In this document: piece after piece, positions 37,655 through 48,926 of the stretch
How the letters are laid out: the number at the start of each line of letters is the position of its first letter
How positions within the stretch are numbered: position 1 is the stretch's first letter
From: Nemertoderma westbladi
Lineage: Eukaryota > Animalia > Xenacoelomorpha
DNA: 53,535 nt
Assembly: GCA_032718475.1 (NCBI GenBank)
Contig: JAUCBJ010001515.1
Coordinates: 1-53,535, forward strand
Direction: 5' to 3'
Position numbers and translations under genes: made by a program
The notes under the pieces: model-generated
What the model was told of the DNA's origin: nothing
Databases searched by the model: none
Seen by the model: only the letters and a program-made list of their open reading frames with translations

Positions 37655-38509
37655 AATATCGTCATTATCGGAGGAGTATGGTGTTCCCTCAGTTGTATCC
37701 TATCGCCTCATTTAGCTCGTCGTTGTAGTCGAATTGTCTGCCATGATTGATGAGATGGCACAGGTGCACTTGGTTTCTCCAAGCTTCACTTTCGGTGAGG
37801 AGGTCGATTGTATTTTCCTCGTCAAATAATTGGGTAATATCGTCGTTATCTGAGGAGTATGGTGTTCCCTCAGGTGTGGTCTCTCCCTCACTGATTTCTT
37901 CTTCCCATTCACTCACCTGTTGTACTTGGTCGTTAGGTAATCTTTCCATGAGTGTTCTACGGGAAGGTCCAGTGAAGTACCAACCTACTCTCGTTCTTCC
38001 CGCATATGTTTGTAATGGTTGCGATCGAGCATGCCGTTTTTCTAATGTCTCTAGCGCCTCATGCGCATAGCCGTAGTCGGTGTTGAATCTAGGGATATCA
38101 TGCTGCTGGGTAAATCGTCTTCATCCCAGTTGTAAGGTTCCACTTGGCTGGTAGCAAAGTTCTTTATCGCCACCATTTTTACTGACCTTATGCTGTGTTC
38201 TCCTAGTTCGTCCTGGGGAGTGGACAACGCTCCTACATAGTAGTCTGTAGCTACTGTGGATTTCTAAACCTGCATAATTCCTGAAAGGTTCAACTTAGTT
38301 CGGAACTTGGGTTGTCCATGTGAGAGTAATATATGGTGAGGGGTTTTTAGGTGTACCGGTAGGTACCTGTTGTGTCATTGTGTTAGTATGTCTGTATGTG
38401 TACTGCTGCACTAAAGTGTTGAAGTAGTAAAATATAAGTCTGACAGTTGATGTAGTAAGTGAAACGAGATTGTATTTATTACCTAGTATTGGGCAATATA
38501 TTAGATTAA

Positions 38510-39356
38510 ACAGTCCAGCAAAGATGTCTTCGGCTAGTTCTTTGTCGATGAATGTTCCTGTGCTGCCGGAGTCCAGGAGGGCGTTGACTATAAAACTCTT
38601 ACCTGATCCATGGACTCTCAGCTGAACTACGGGGAATTCCCGGATTCCGACGTTGGAAGTTGGCGCTTTCCAAGTTGGTTGTCTGTCTGGAATAGTCGAT
38701 TGGACTTCATTATCGGTTTCAGTCTCATACGTAAGCGCTCGATACACCGCGGTGTTTGTCATATAACAGGGTTCGTTTTCGTTGGAGAATTCGTCGGTGT
38801 AGAATCCTTCCATCTCAGAGCTGTGGTCAGTGACGTTCACATCACTGAATTGGACATGTAGTTCGGGCTCACTTACCTGACTCGTGCGGGTTCTTTCAAA
38901 TTCTGTGTGCAGCAAGATATGATGTTTCGCGCCTCACTTAGCACACCTAGCATCTGAGTAACAGGTCCGCCGTTGGTGTCCTCGTCTGAGACAATTATAT
39001 CACAACCGCTTATCCCACATGACATCACGTCTATCCTTAAGGGATTTCTTCAGGAATTCATCACACCCACTCAAGCGATGTGGCCCGTCGCACAATACAC
39101 ATTTGGTCTTGATGTTACTTACTTTAACCTGTGCTGTGTGGTGCACACTTGTTCTTTCCTCGGGCTTTCTTCCATGAATTCTCTTAGGAGACGTGGGAGG
39201 AGTTGTTACCTGTTCTCTCCTGTCACTGGTTATATATTCTATCTTCTGTTCTCTCCTGTCACTGGTTCGAGACTTAGATTTACTTACGTCTTTACGTGTT
39301 TTGTTGACATAATAAGATCTTTCGGTGTCTTTCCCGCTGTTCTCCTCGTGGGAGGT
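38510..39356 (-). pseudogene. Gag zinc knuckles and aspartic protease, same frame as Gag, with nonsense codons
   Basis: CVLCDGPHRLSGC, RL*YNCLRRGHQRRTC, RCAK*GAKHHILLH (BEL triple knuckle; TGA at 39002 and 38936), then VNALLDSGSTGTFI; protease breaks off near 38515. Confidence 0.9.
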
Positions 39357-41189
39357 CTAGCTTTCGCCGTCGTCTGTATAACACACTGGTGTTACCTTTC
39401 TCCTAGAAACGGGTTTTTCACTCACCTTATTTTCCGGTGTCTTCTCTCGGGACTGCTTTAGGAGCTGTAATCTTACCTCTCCATCTAAGAATGACATGAG
39501 ATCAGCCATGGAAGGTTCTCTTTGTTGCTGGTCCATCATATAGAGAACCTTTTTGTCCCAGCGAGTACCTACTCCACCCTTTGGCAAAGTTAATGCTAAG
39601 GCTCCTACAACCATAGAATTCTGGTATTCTTGAGACTTACCTAACCAATCTAGTTGTCTACAGATCTCCTGAATCTCATCGGAAAACTCTATAATCCCGC
39701 TGCTATGGAACTTTCGGGGCGCCATTAATTTCGCATACAAATACCTAGCTATGTTAGTCCTATTACCATACCTGATGTTTAGTGTATCCCAAACTTGTCT
39801 TAATCCATCTGGATGTCCAATAAACTTTAACACCATTAACTTGGGAGGTCCTTCCAAGCACTCGATGAGGAATCTAAGTTTCTCTCCATTGGATAGTACG
39901 GAACTCTGTATGTTATCTTTATAATATTCATTAAAAGGTAACCATTTCATCTCATCTCCATTGAACTTGATGATCTCTCCCACCTTTACCGCTTGACGGG
40001 CTTCGGTTCTAGCCATTTGACGCGTAAAACTTTCTTGGGCCATCATATTATTTAATATCGAGTTATCGGTATATACATTTCTCGGATTAGGATCAGGTCT
40101 ATATGGAATATCATTATCAACGGGTTTATAATTACCCTTAATAGGGTTCACTATAGGAGTTTCTACTTCACTAGCAGTATAGATGCGTGTAGGCTCCACA
40201 CCTTGCGCATGAAATACGTCAGACCTAACAGGTTGACACATTGTTACAGGGGGTGGTGGTACACCCAATTGTATATTTACTAATTTATCGCGTTCTAACG
40301 CGATACTCTGCTGCACTTCTTGCAACTCTAACCTACCCTCTCTTACTGCTCCCTTTAACTGCTGAACAGTCCCTTCCAACTCACGGACCTGCTGGGAGGA
40401 ACATTTACAATGTTCCCTCAGCTGCCCGAGCAGGAGACCCATCTCCCGCCGTACCTCATCCACCCACTCTACCGCCGAAGCGGGAGCCGCCAACATAGTA
40501 GCGGGCAGACGAGGGACGACGGGCGATAAATCGTTGATGTCTCGCTCGGCGTCCAGGACTGGGATTGACTCAGGGGCTGTTTTACTGGGCATAGGTAGTT
40601 TAGTACTGTGCAAAGGGAATTTAGAGTTAGGTTCTGGAAGTACAGGAGTCTCTATCACAGAGGGAGTGGCTTCGAAAACAGGCCTAATTATTTCAGGCTC
40701 ATCTACTATAGTAGGGGGTCTGTCTACTCTAATAATTTGGTCTGTGGGTTCAGGATTACCTAAGTCTACACTAGCCAGTTGCCTTCTCACCGCAAGAGGT
40801 AAATTAGATAACTTCTGACGGTGTGGCGTTCTTCTACGTCCGCTTGAACGAGATTTATTACCTCTACCTTCGGGATCTGTTGTATCACCTTCATCGGAGG
40901 AGGCAAATCCCTGTCTTCTGGGAGTAGATCGACTCAGTAACTGCATCTGAGTAGCTGTCCTTTGTTTCTTCAAGTAATCTTGTTTCGCCTGAAGGTTTTC
41001 CAGCTCTAGTTGGGTAGTCGCTTCAGACGCCTTCCGTTCTGCTTCAGCCACTGCCGCTTTCCTTTCAGCCTCTGCTGCTGCCGCTTTTCTATCAGCCGCT
41101 GCCGCTTTCCTTTCAGATTCTGCCGCGGCCGCTGACCTTCGGTCTTCTATTTGCCGTTTCTTTAATTGTTCCTCTTGTTCCATTGCCAT
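39357..41189 (-). CDS. gag: BEL/Pao Gag (largest open segment; frame extends upstream to ATG 41372 across one TAG)
   Basis: Coiled-coil N-terminus and IIKFNGDEMKWLPF...LSNGEKLRFLIECLEG...VWDTLNIRYGN, the capsid-region pattern (DUF1759-like) of BEL/Pao elements. Confidence 0.88.
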   Translation of the reverse strand: MAMEQEEQLKKRQIEDRRSAAAAESERKAAAADRKAAAAEAERKAAVAEAERKASEATTQLELENLQAKQDYLKKQRTATQMQLLSRSTPRRQGFASSDEGDTTDPEGRGNKSRSSGRRRTPHRQKLSNLPLAVRRQLASVDLGNPEPTDQIIRVDRPPTIVDEPEIIRPVFEATPSVIETPVLPEPNSKFPLHSTKLPMPSKTAPESIPVLDAERDINDLSPVVPRLPATMLAAPASAVEWVDEVRREMGLLLGQLREHCKCSSQQVRELEGTVQQLKGAVREGRLELQEVQQSIALERDKLVNIQLGVPPPPVTMCQPVRSDVFHAQGVEPTRIYTASEVETPIVNPIKGNYKPVDNDIPYRPDPNPRNVYTDNSILNNMMAQESFTRQMARTEARQAVKVGEIIKFNGDEMKWLPFNEYYKDNIQSSVLSNGEKLRFLIECLEGPPKLMVLKFIGHPDGLRQVWDTLNIRYGNRTNIARYLYAKLMAPRKFHSSGIIEFSDEIQEICRQLDWLGKSQEYQNSMVVGALALTLPKGGVGTRWDKKVLYMMDQQQREPSMADLMSFLDGEVRLQLLKQSREKTPENKVSEKPVSRRKVTPVCYTDDGES

Positions 41190-41504
41190 GAGGACCTTAA
41201 TAGGCCTACGGTGCTATACTAGCCTAGGGTCTGATACTACTACTGAAGGGATGACCTTTCTTACAGTAGGAGGGGACTTGGACTTCGGTCTCAGATGTTC
41301 TGCACCCCTGTCTGAGTCACAGACTGTGCTTTCTAGGAGACTATCTGACAAAGTTTGCTTTGTGTCAGCCATGTTTGATTGTACAGTTGAATGCCTACTA
41401 CTATAACGATTAACGACAGTTAAAGTAAATCTAGTAATTCAGTAACAACTGTAAGCCTAGTAATTAATTACCGATACCGTTACTCAGTGTAACGTGATAT
41501 ATAT

Positions 41505-41762
41505 AATATATTAAATACCGGTATACCCTTATAGTATATATATAGGTATTATTACAGACTAGAATTAGTCACAGAATACCGGTATATAATTTCGGCCTAA
41601 ATTTATATAAATGTATATAATAAGCCTACTGTGAATACCAGTATACACCTTTGGTATATATAAGTATTATTATAAACTAGGATTAGTCACAGAATACCGG
41701 TATATAATTTCAGCTTAAATTTATAGAAATAAATATAATCAGCCTATCGTAAATACCGGTAA
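41505..41762. repeat. ~118-bp tandem repeat in the 1.9-kb 5' leader of the retrotransposon
   Basis: TTAGTCACAGAATACCGGTATATAATTTC recurs at ~41565 and ~41683. Confidence 0.8.
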
Positions 41763-43280
41763 TGTCAATTATTTTATAACACTGAATCTCTGAATTTTTA
41801 GGGTTACTTTACTTTACTTTACTTTATTACAGTTATTAAGCAGTAGTCCAACTGATGCCAAGACCTAATTGGTGTATAACAGGCCTACTATTTTATAAAT
41901 CGGTTTGAGTTGATTTATAATATGTTTATATATACCCGTACAAGGGGTTTTGTCAATGTTTGAAATAAATGTTACTATTTCTGGTAAGGAGTCACTACAC
42001 AGAAGCTGAACGCTCTCAGTGGAGTGCTACTTGTTGGACACTAAAACAAATAATTCTACCTTACTAAGTTACTTATTACTACCAATTACATACAATTACT
42101 GTGTAGGATTACAATTTCTAAATAAACACCAAAAGTTACACGTACAAATTTTAGGGTAATTTCACAGGAAATCTGCAAACCAGCCTAACAAGGAGTTAGA
42201 ATTTCTGGTTATTACAAACGGACAGGATACTACGGTATTTGAAAATAATTAAGCAGTAGTAAATATATTGCGTTGTCCAGATAAGAAAATACCACCGTCT
42301 GACGACTTATAGCTTTAGCTCTACAGCTCTATAAATACTACGTTATGTATCCGGAGTGTCCTTACCTAGAAGTTAATTACCGCAGCCAACCAGAGCTAAC
42401 GTGCCTATTAACCACTTTACAACACAAATATACTGCCTACACACCAATTACCTTCGGAAAGTACTGTACACTAAAACCTAAATTAGGTACAAGTACTTAT
42501 ACAACAAATAACTAGCAGTTAAATATACTTGTACAGCTAAAAGAACCACGATATCTGCTGGAGTGACCAGAGCATAAAATCAACAGTCTTTACCTACGCC
42601 TAGCAGCCCTGATGTAGTACCGGGGTTAATTTAACTATAACGGTATGTATAACAAGCACAATTACTGTAGGAATAAACTTAGGGGTTATGTAGGTTGCGA
42701 ATACTCGCATATACTCTGATTAATAAATATTACGCTACCCGTGCAGACTATACAAACAAAATACAGACCAAACGCTGGCAGACTACTATCAAGCCTAAAT
42801 AAACTACAGTATATGCAGACTCCGAAATGGTTAGTTAGTAGGCGTTCTAACCGAGTAGTACGACTTATTTTTTTTCGGGGGGGATTTACCTTACAACACT
42901 GGATGCCCCCACCTTCCTAACTAGTACTTTATCGGACATACACTCTACACACACTGCAATCTCTTCAGACCTAACAACAGCCAGACAACAATCCAGCCTA
43001 CTAATTATTTGTACAATTTGAGCGGGCTTCTGCCTTCTGGTCAATATTACACTTACAGATAAATAAAACTGACAGAAATAAGTAAACCATACAAAGGAAT
43101 AAGGGGTGATCAATCCCTAATCCCCTAACAGCCTACAATATACAATATATCACAATCGAACTAATACTGGTACCCGCAAGTACCGGTTCCGGTGGTTAGG
43201 TAGTTAGGCCTACAGGTTACCGTCCGACCGGTACATTCGAATTTATTGCCTACGTGCAATCAAGAGTTTAAAACTATTAA

Positions 43281-44473
43281 TGTTCGCGCTTTTAGACATT
43301 TAGCAGTTTAACCTGCCAATTTTAATTGTCTTTTTGTATATCAATTATTTAATGTACTGAAGTTACATCAGCCGAAGACAGTCTGTGCGCGACCATTCAC
43401 CCACAGTTAAGGGAGACTGGATTCGGATGCTTTGATAGTGATTGCAGTGTAGACCTACTGTATTAATCGATTGATCGTTAATATATAATCTCTGACAATA
43501 TATTTACTTTCGGGGAAATATTAACAGTTCCTTTAGGACGTGGCGCTTTAAGTATAAAACAGAGTTATGACTTATACTAATCCCAACTGGATGGCTACTG
43601 AGTTTCGTAAAAAGCGCATTCTTTAGGAGATGCTTTATTAACCTTCACACTACTTCACACGACTTCACACTACTCCACACTACTGCGCACTGATCTGCCG
43701 ACCGTCACTGAATTTGATCATATATAAGGAGGATCGCAACTGACACATGTAGGGATCATGAAATAGCATTTAATTCACACAAAAACCACTATAATGTAAG
43801 TCGCAGTTGCTACCGGTAAACCTGTTCCTCTAACCTTCAGTAATCAAGAAGATTGGGGGTTTATGATTATTCATTGGTATTCTCCAAATATATCAGCAAT
43901 ATACACCAACATAACAATTAATAACAGAAGTAAAATAATGCGGTGAACAGTCAGTATGTGTTGCTTATGCAGTGTTCCATGTGCAGCAATGTTGACTTGC
44001 GGTGTGATGCGGTGTGTTGCGTAGTTGAATTGCGTTGCGTTAATAGTTTTACGTTCTTGTAATCAAAGCCATCTGATGTTTCTGATGTTTAGGTCAAAGT
44101 CTGAAACTTCCAACACAGAAGTACAGAAGAATTTCCTAACAGTTCTCTCGCTCCGAAAGGTAAACAAAGACCGTAATGCATTGCGCGGTTTTCCGTAGGC
44201 CTCTGTACATGATAAAATGAAAATCGCTCTGATTGGCTGAGCGAGCTGAACAAAGAGAGGTTCCACGTTTCCAGTAAATCAGCTGACAGATTTCGTCATC
44301 TGAGTTCCAGTCTTTTAGAGTATTAAGCGCATTGCGGCAGAAAATGGCTTGTTATGTCCGCTAAAGCACCTACACGGTACATTGTGGAGAAAATGGCTTG
44401 TTATGTCCGCTAAAGCACCTACACGGTATATTGCGGAGAAAAATGACTTGTTATGTCCGCAAAAGCTTTTACA
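43281..44473 (-). repeat. 5' LTR (1193 bp)
   Basis: Direct repeat of 31015-33527 minus its insertion; 21 substitutions counted by eye (~98% identity); CCAAT box ~44229-44238, TATATA ~43721-43726, AATAAA 43634-43639 and ~49-bp tandem repeats at 44330-44465. Confidence 0.95.
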
Positions 44474-45937
44474 GTGACCTTTTCAAACAATAATATTTTG
44501 ATAAACTGTAATTAGTATTTGTGATTTAATGTAACATTTGAATTGAAGTTGAATATAAAAGTTTAATTATGTATGTCTACTTTGCAATTTGGGAATGAAT
44601 TCAACCACGCCCAAGAATATACTGTACATGTAGTGTGAAGTATACTGTAGTTAGATAGTGAAGAAGATAGTTGAAGGATAATGACACCCACTCCCCTACT
44701 CTATTATTTAAACAAATATTAAAGGGATAAAATCTATTAAAGAATTCTTTATGAACAAAGTTTCTTGATAAACAACTTGCTATAAATCTGATTTTATCGC
44801 CTTGAAATATTTTAGAAAGAGTGAAATTAATAAATTCAGTAAGTTTTCAGTTAGGTGAATGAAGTGTGGTGCGCGCCACGAAAGTAAACGAGCTTTGCAT
44901 ACGGGTACCATTATCTCCATCGGTGTATCTGTACATCCGTTAATCCGTTAATAACTAGTAACCATGGACTCAACCACAACAAAAGCAAAATTAGATCACC
45001 TAAAGTGCCGAAATTAAAATGTATAATAATAAATTAATTGTTTAGAAATTAAAATGTATAATAATAATAAATGAATTATTTAGAAATTAAAATGTATAAT
45101 CCTATATATATAAAAATCGAATGTCTGTCTGTGTGTGTGTCTGTCTGTCTGTCTGTCTGTTTGTCATCGGCTATACAATCGAACCCATTTCGATGAAATC
45201 TCGCTTACTATAGCTTGTTAGAAAGGTCGTTGCAACGTACAGTAATTCTCAGAGCCGTCTGACGTTCCCCCGTCTGCCGCTAAAGGGCGAATTGTCTGAT
45301 AATGAAAACCTGATCTCATTTGGTTGTTTTTAATCATTTTGAGCTGAAACTTGGTAGCTATCTACTTACTCATATGCTATACTGTATCTTTACGGAGAAG
45401 CAAAGTTGTCTACAGTTTCCCAGTCTACAGCTTGAAGGCGAAATGCGTGAAAGTGAACATCTTCATTTGTTATTTACAATCTGTTTAACCTTCTATTTCC
45501 CAACCCTCTCTTCTGAGCAAATTCGTTGAAATTTTTGAAACCGTTTCAAATCGTGTCAACTTAAACTTTGCAAAAAAAATTGTTCATTGCGCATGTTAGT
45601 TTTCTCAAAAAAAGACCTGTTCCGATTTGGGAACACTGACAGCACAGCAAATCCAATATATTTTATATAATAACAAAAATAAAAAGTTGTGATTCAAAAC
45701 ATTAAAAACTACAAACAGACTCCAATTGTATATACTTTTACACAATTTTATTGGTCTTGGGGCCGTCTTTCATGTCTCATTTGGGAACACTGGTGATGTT
45801 TTTTGGTTGATTTGAATTAGTAAACAATGGTGACGGATTTTGTTTGATTTGATTTAGTAAACAACTTAGGGAGATGCTTTGGTTGAAATTATATTTTACT
45901 ATTACAGTAAGAACCAGGTCAGTCCAATTTGGGAACA

Positions 45938-47372
45938 CTGTGCTCCCTTAGATCTATTTTCGAGTCCTGAGCCGAGCCAATACGCCCTACTGCGCTCCAT
46001 TATATCTATTCCCGAGTCCTGACCCGAGTTAACACGCCCTACTGCGCTGAAATAGATATATTATTGCATCCCGAACCGATCCAACATACCCAACTGTGCT
46101 TCATTAGATCTACTCTTGCATCCCGAGCTGATCCAACACGCCCTACTGCGCTCCATTAGATATATTTTCGCGTCCTGAGCCCAGCCAACACGCCCTACAG
46201 CGCTCCATTATATCTATTTTCGAGTCCTGAGCCGAGCCAATACTCCCTACTGCGCTCCATTAGATCCATTCCCGCGTCCTGAGCCGATCCAACATACCCA
46301 ACTGTGCTCCATTAGTTCTACTCTTGCATCCCGAGCTGATCCAACACGCCCTACTGCGCTCCATTAGATATATTTTCGCGTCCTGAGCCCAGCCAACACG
46401 CCCTACAGCGCTCCATTATATCTATTTTCGAGTCCTGAGCCGAGCCAATACGCCCTACTGCGCTCCATTAGACCTATTCCCGAGTCCTGACCCGAGTTAA
46501 CACGCCATACTGCGCTGCATTAGATCTATTATTGCATCCCGAACCGATCCAACATACCCAAATGCGCTCCATTAGTTCAACTCTCGCATCCCGAGCTGAT
46601 CCAACACGCCCTACTGCGCTCCATTAGATATATTTTCGCGTCCTGAGCCCAGCCAACACGCCCTACAGCGCTCCATTATATCTATTTTCGAGTCCTGAGC
46701 CGAGCCAATACGCCCTACTGCGCTCCATTAGACCTATTCCCGAGTCCTGACCCGAGTTAACACGCCATACTGCGCTGCATTAGATCTATTCTCGCATCCC
46801 GAGCTGATCCAACACGCCCTACTGCGCTCCTTTAGATATATTTTCGAGTCCAGAACCGAGCCAACACGCCCTACTGTGCTCAATTAGATATATTCTCGCG
46901 TCTTGACCCGAGCCAACATGCCCTACTGCCTTCCATTAGATCTGTTCCCACGTCCTGAGCCAATCCAACATACCCTACTGCGCTCCATTAAACCTATTCT
47001 TGCATCCCGAGCCGATCCAACACGCCCTACAGCACTCCATTAGATATATTTTCGAGTCCAGAACCGAGCCAACACGCCCTACTGTGCTCCATTAGATATA
47101 TTCTCGCGTCTTGACCCGAGCCAACATGCCCTACTGCCTTCCATTAGATCTGTTCCCGCGTCCTGAGCCGATCCAACATACCCTACTGCGCTCCATTAAA
47201 CCTATTCTTGCAACCCGAGCCGATCCAACACTCCCTACAGCACTCCATTAGATATATTTTCGAGTCCAGAACCGAGACAACACACCCTACTGTGCTCCAT
47301 TAGTTTTATTTTCGAGTCCACATCCGTGCAAACAGGCCCTACTGCGCTCAATTAGACCTATGCCGAGCCGAG
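45938..47372. repeat. 52-bp satellite, ~27 copies, with higher-order structure
   Basis: Unit CCCTACTGCGCTCCATTAGATATATTTTCGCGTCCTGAGCCCAGCCAACACG; period measured between 46141 and 46193. Confidence 0.95.
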
Positions 47373-47994
47373 CCTATAAACCAAAAATTGTTCCCAAATG
47401 GGAGCAAAGAATTGCATAATAAGGTTTATTTCAGCTATAGCTATTGCATTCGTCCTACCTAGGCTCAGTTATGAGATACAAATTAAAATTGAGCAATTCT
47501 AACACAAAATCTCTATTTAAGAAATTAACCACACCACAAATAAATCATAAAAGGGGAAAGTTGCTCGCTTTCAACCCCCCCCCCCCCCCCCCCCCCCCCC
47601 TTAATCTTGTTCACAGGCAGGTATTAGCAGAAAATTTGTGTTTTAAAAGTAATATATTTTAGGCGTGGAGGCGACCCAATTTAAAATAAATATTATAACT
47701 TACATTATGACGTTTTAGTATTGATACTGAAATATTAATTTACCATGTCGATGTCACAACAAAATTATTTAGCTATATTTATTCTAAAGAATCTCCATTA
47801 AATACTCAGGCAATCATTTTGCGAGATAAGCAATAAGCAAGCTGTCTTATTACTCTAGGGCCTAACACTATTGCATGTCCTATAGAATTACACCTTGCTG
47901 GAATAGTGGTGAGGTGGAACTGGTCGGACTGATTCCTAGCCCGGCAAACACACTGGACATGTTCTAGCACATTCACGTTCTAGTTCAGTGATTG

Positions 47995-48410
47995 CACTTT
48001 GAGATATTTTGCCCTCTAGCGGCAGACTAGAGAACTGCAGACAGATGAGCCTAATTTGAATGACACAGTTAATGGTCTAGTACAAATATGCCAAGTTTCA
48101 GCTAGAACGGGTTTAAAGCAAAGAAAATGTGAGGATATTTAATATCTAGACATGTAGCCCTCTAGCGAGAGACTGAGGATTTGATGGTGTCTGGAAGTCC
48201 CTAAAAAACAAAACTTATAGTCTTATTGATGCCTACTAATTTTAGACTCGGAAGCGTTAAATCCGACGATGTTATAAGTACGTTAAAATCGTAGCGACGA
48301 TGATGACATACAGTACCATTATTGAATGAACTATTTGCCATAATTTACCTACCCCCCTAAGAGATAGCGTCAGTTCGCAAAGGCTCCACCAACTACGTAG
48401 CTCGGACCCT
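47995..48410 (-). mobile_element. Diverged partial copy of the 31071-32390 Helentron-like family
   Basis: Reverse complement of the 31075-31520 sequence, including GCCCTCTAGCGGCAGACT and the 5' hairpin region. Confidence 0.8.
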
Positions 48411-48534
48411 ATACCCCATGCTATAAAATGTATACGATCGATATACAATTATATATTAATCCGCTATGTGGTGTCAAATTATTATTCTGCAATTTCGTAC
48501 TTGTACAGTACAGCAGTACCGTACCGGTAGGCCT

Positions 48535-48926
48535 ATGTCATTACTTCGGAGTCTCTAGCCGATCCCCAATTAAATGTCTTAACTTTTCAATTTCGTAGAA
48601 GATAGACTTTAAGATTCTCTAAAAGTAACCAAAAATTCAGCTCTGGAAAATAAGGCGTTCCCGAGAAATTTAACATTTTCTAAAAACCACATAATCTGCC
48701 GTAGCTGACGTCAGACTGCATGATTTTTCACCAAACTTTACAAATTTTCTAAACTTTCCCTCTACTACTTACGTACTAAGTTTGGTTCAATTTCGAATCA
48801 GCGATGCCGAGAAATTCGCGTTCGAAGATTTACCAGACAGACGGACAGACAGACAGACGGACATGCCCCATTTGCCCTATATGAACCGTATGCCAAGGCT
48901 CGCCGACTACGTGTCTCGCCCCACAA
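48535..48926 (-). mobile_element. DINE/HINE-like element with GTCT/GTCC microsatellite
   Basis: Minus strand starts TTGTGGGGCGAGACACGTAGTCGGCGAGCCTT, matching the 5' end of the 31071 element, followed by (GTCT/GTCC)n at 48834-48863; far end approximate. Confidence 0.7.

Larger units (their letters stand above)
31015..44473 (-). mobile_element. BEL/Pao (Belpaoviridae) LTR retrotransposon, internally deleted, non-autonomous
   Basis: TG...CA LTRs, 5-bp TSD GTGAC (31010-31014, 44474-44478), BEL-type Gag with triple zinc knuckle, DSG protease, BEL RNase H tail and integrase tail; RT and integrase core absent. Confidence 0.95.

Noticed and set aside
38934-39002. Two TGA codons at conserved Cys positions of the Gag zinc knuckles, suggesting TGA=Cys/Sec recoding
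   Set aside because: The same element has TGA at a Gly position (DWLG*PDFL) and several TAG/TAA stops; Cys codons are one substitution from TGA, so ordinary decay explains it.
45938-47372. CRISPR-like regular repeat
   Set aside because: The variable parts are related, recurring variants rather than unique spacers; no cas genes; eukaryotic context.
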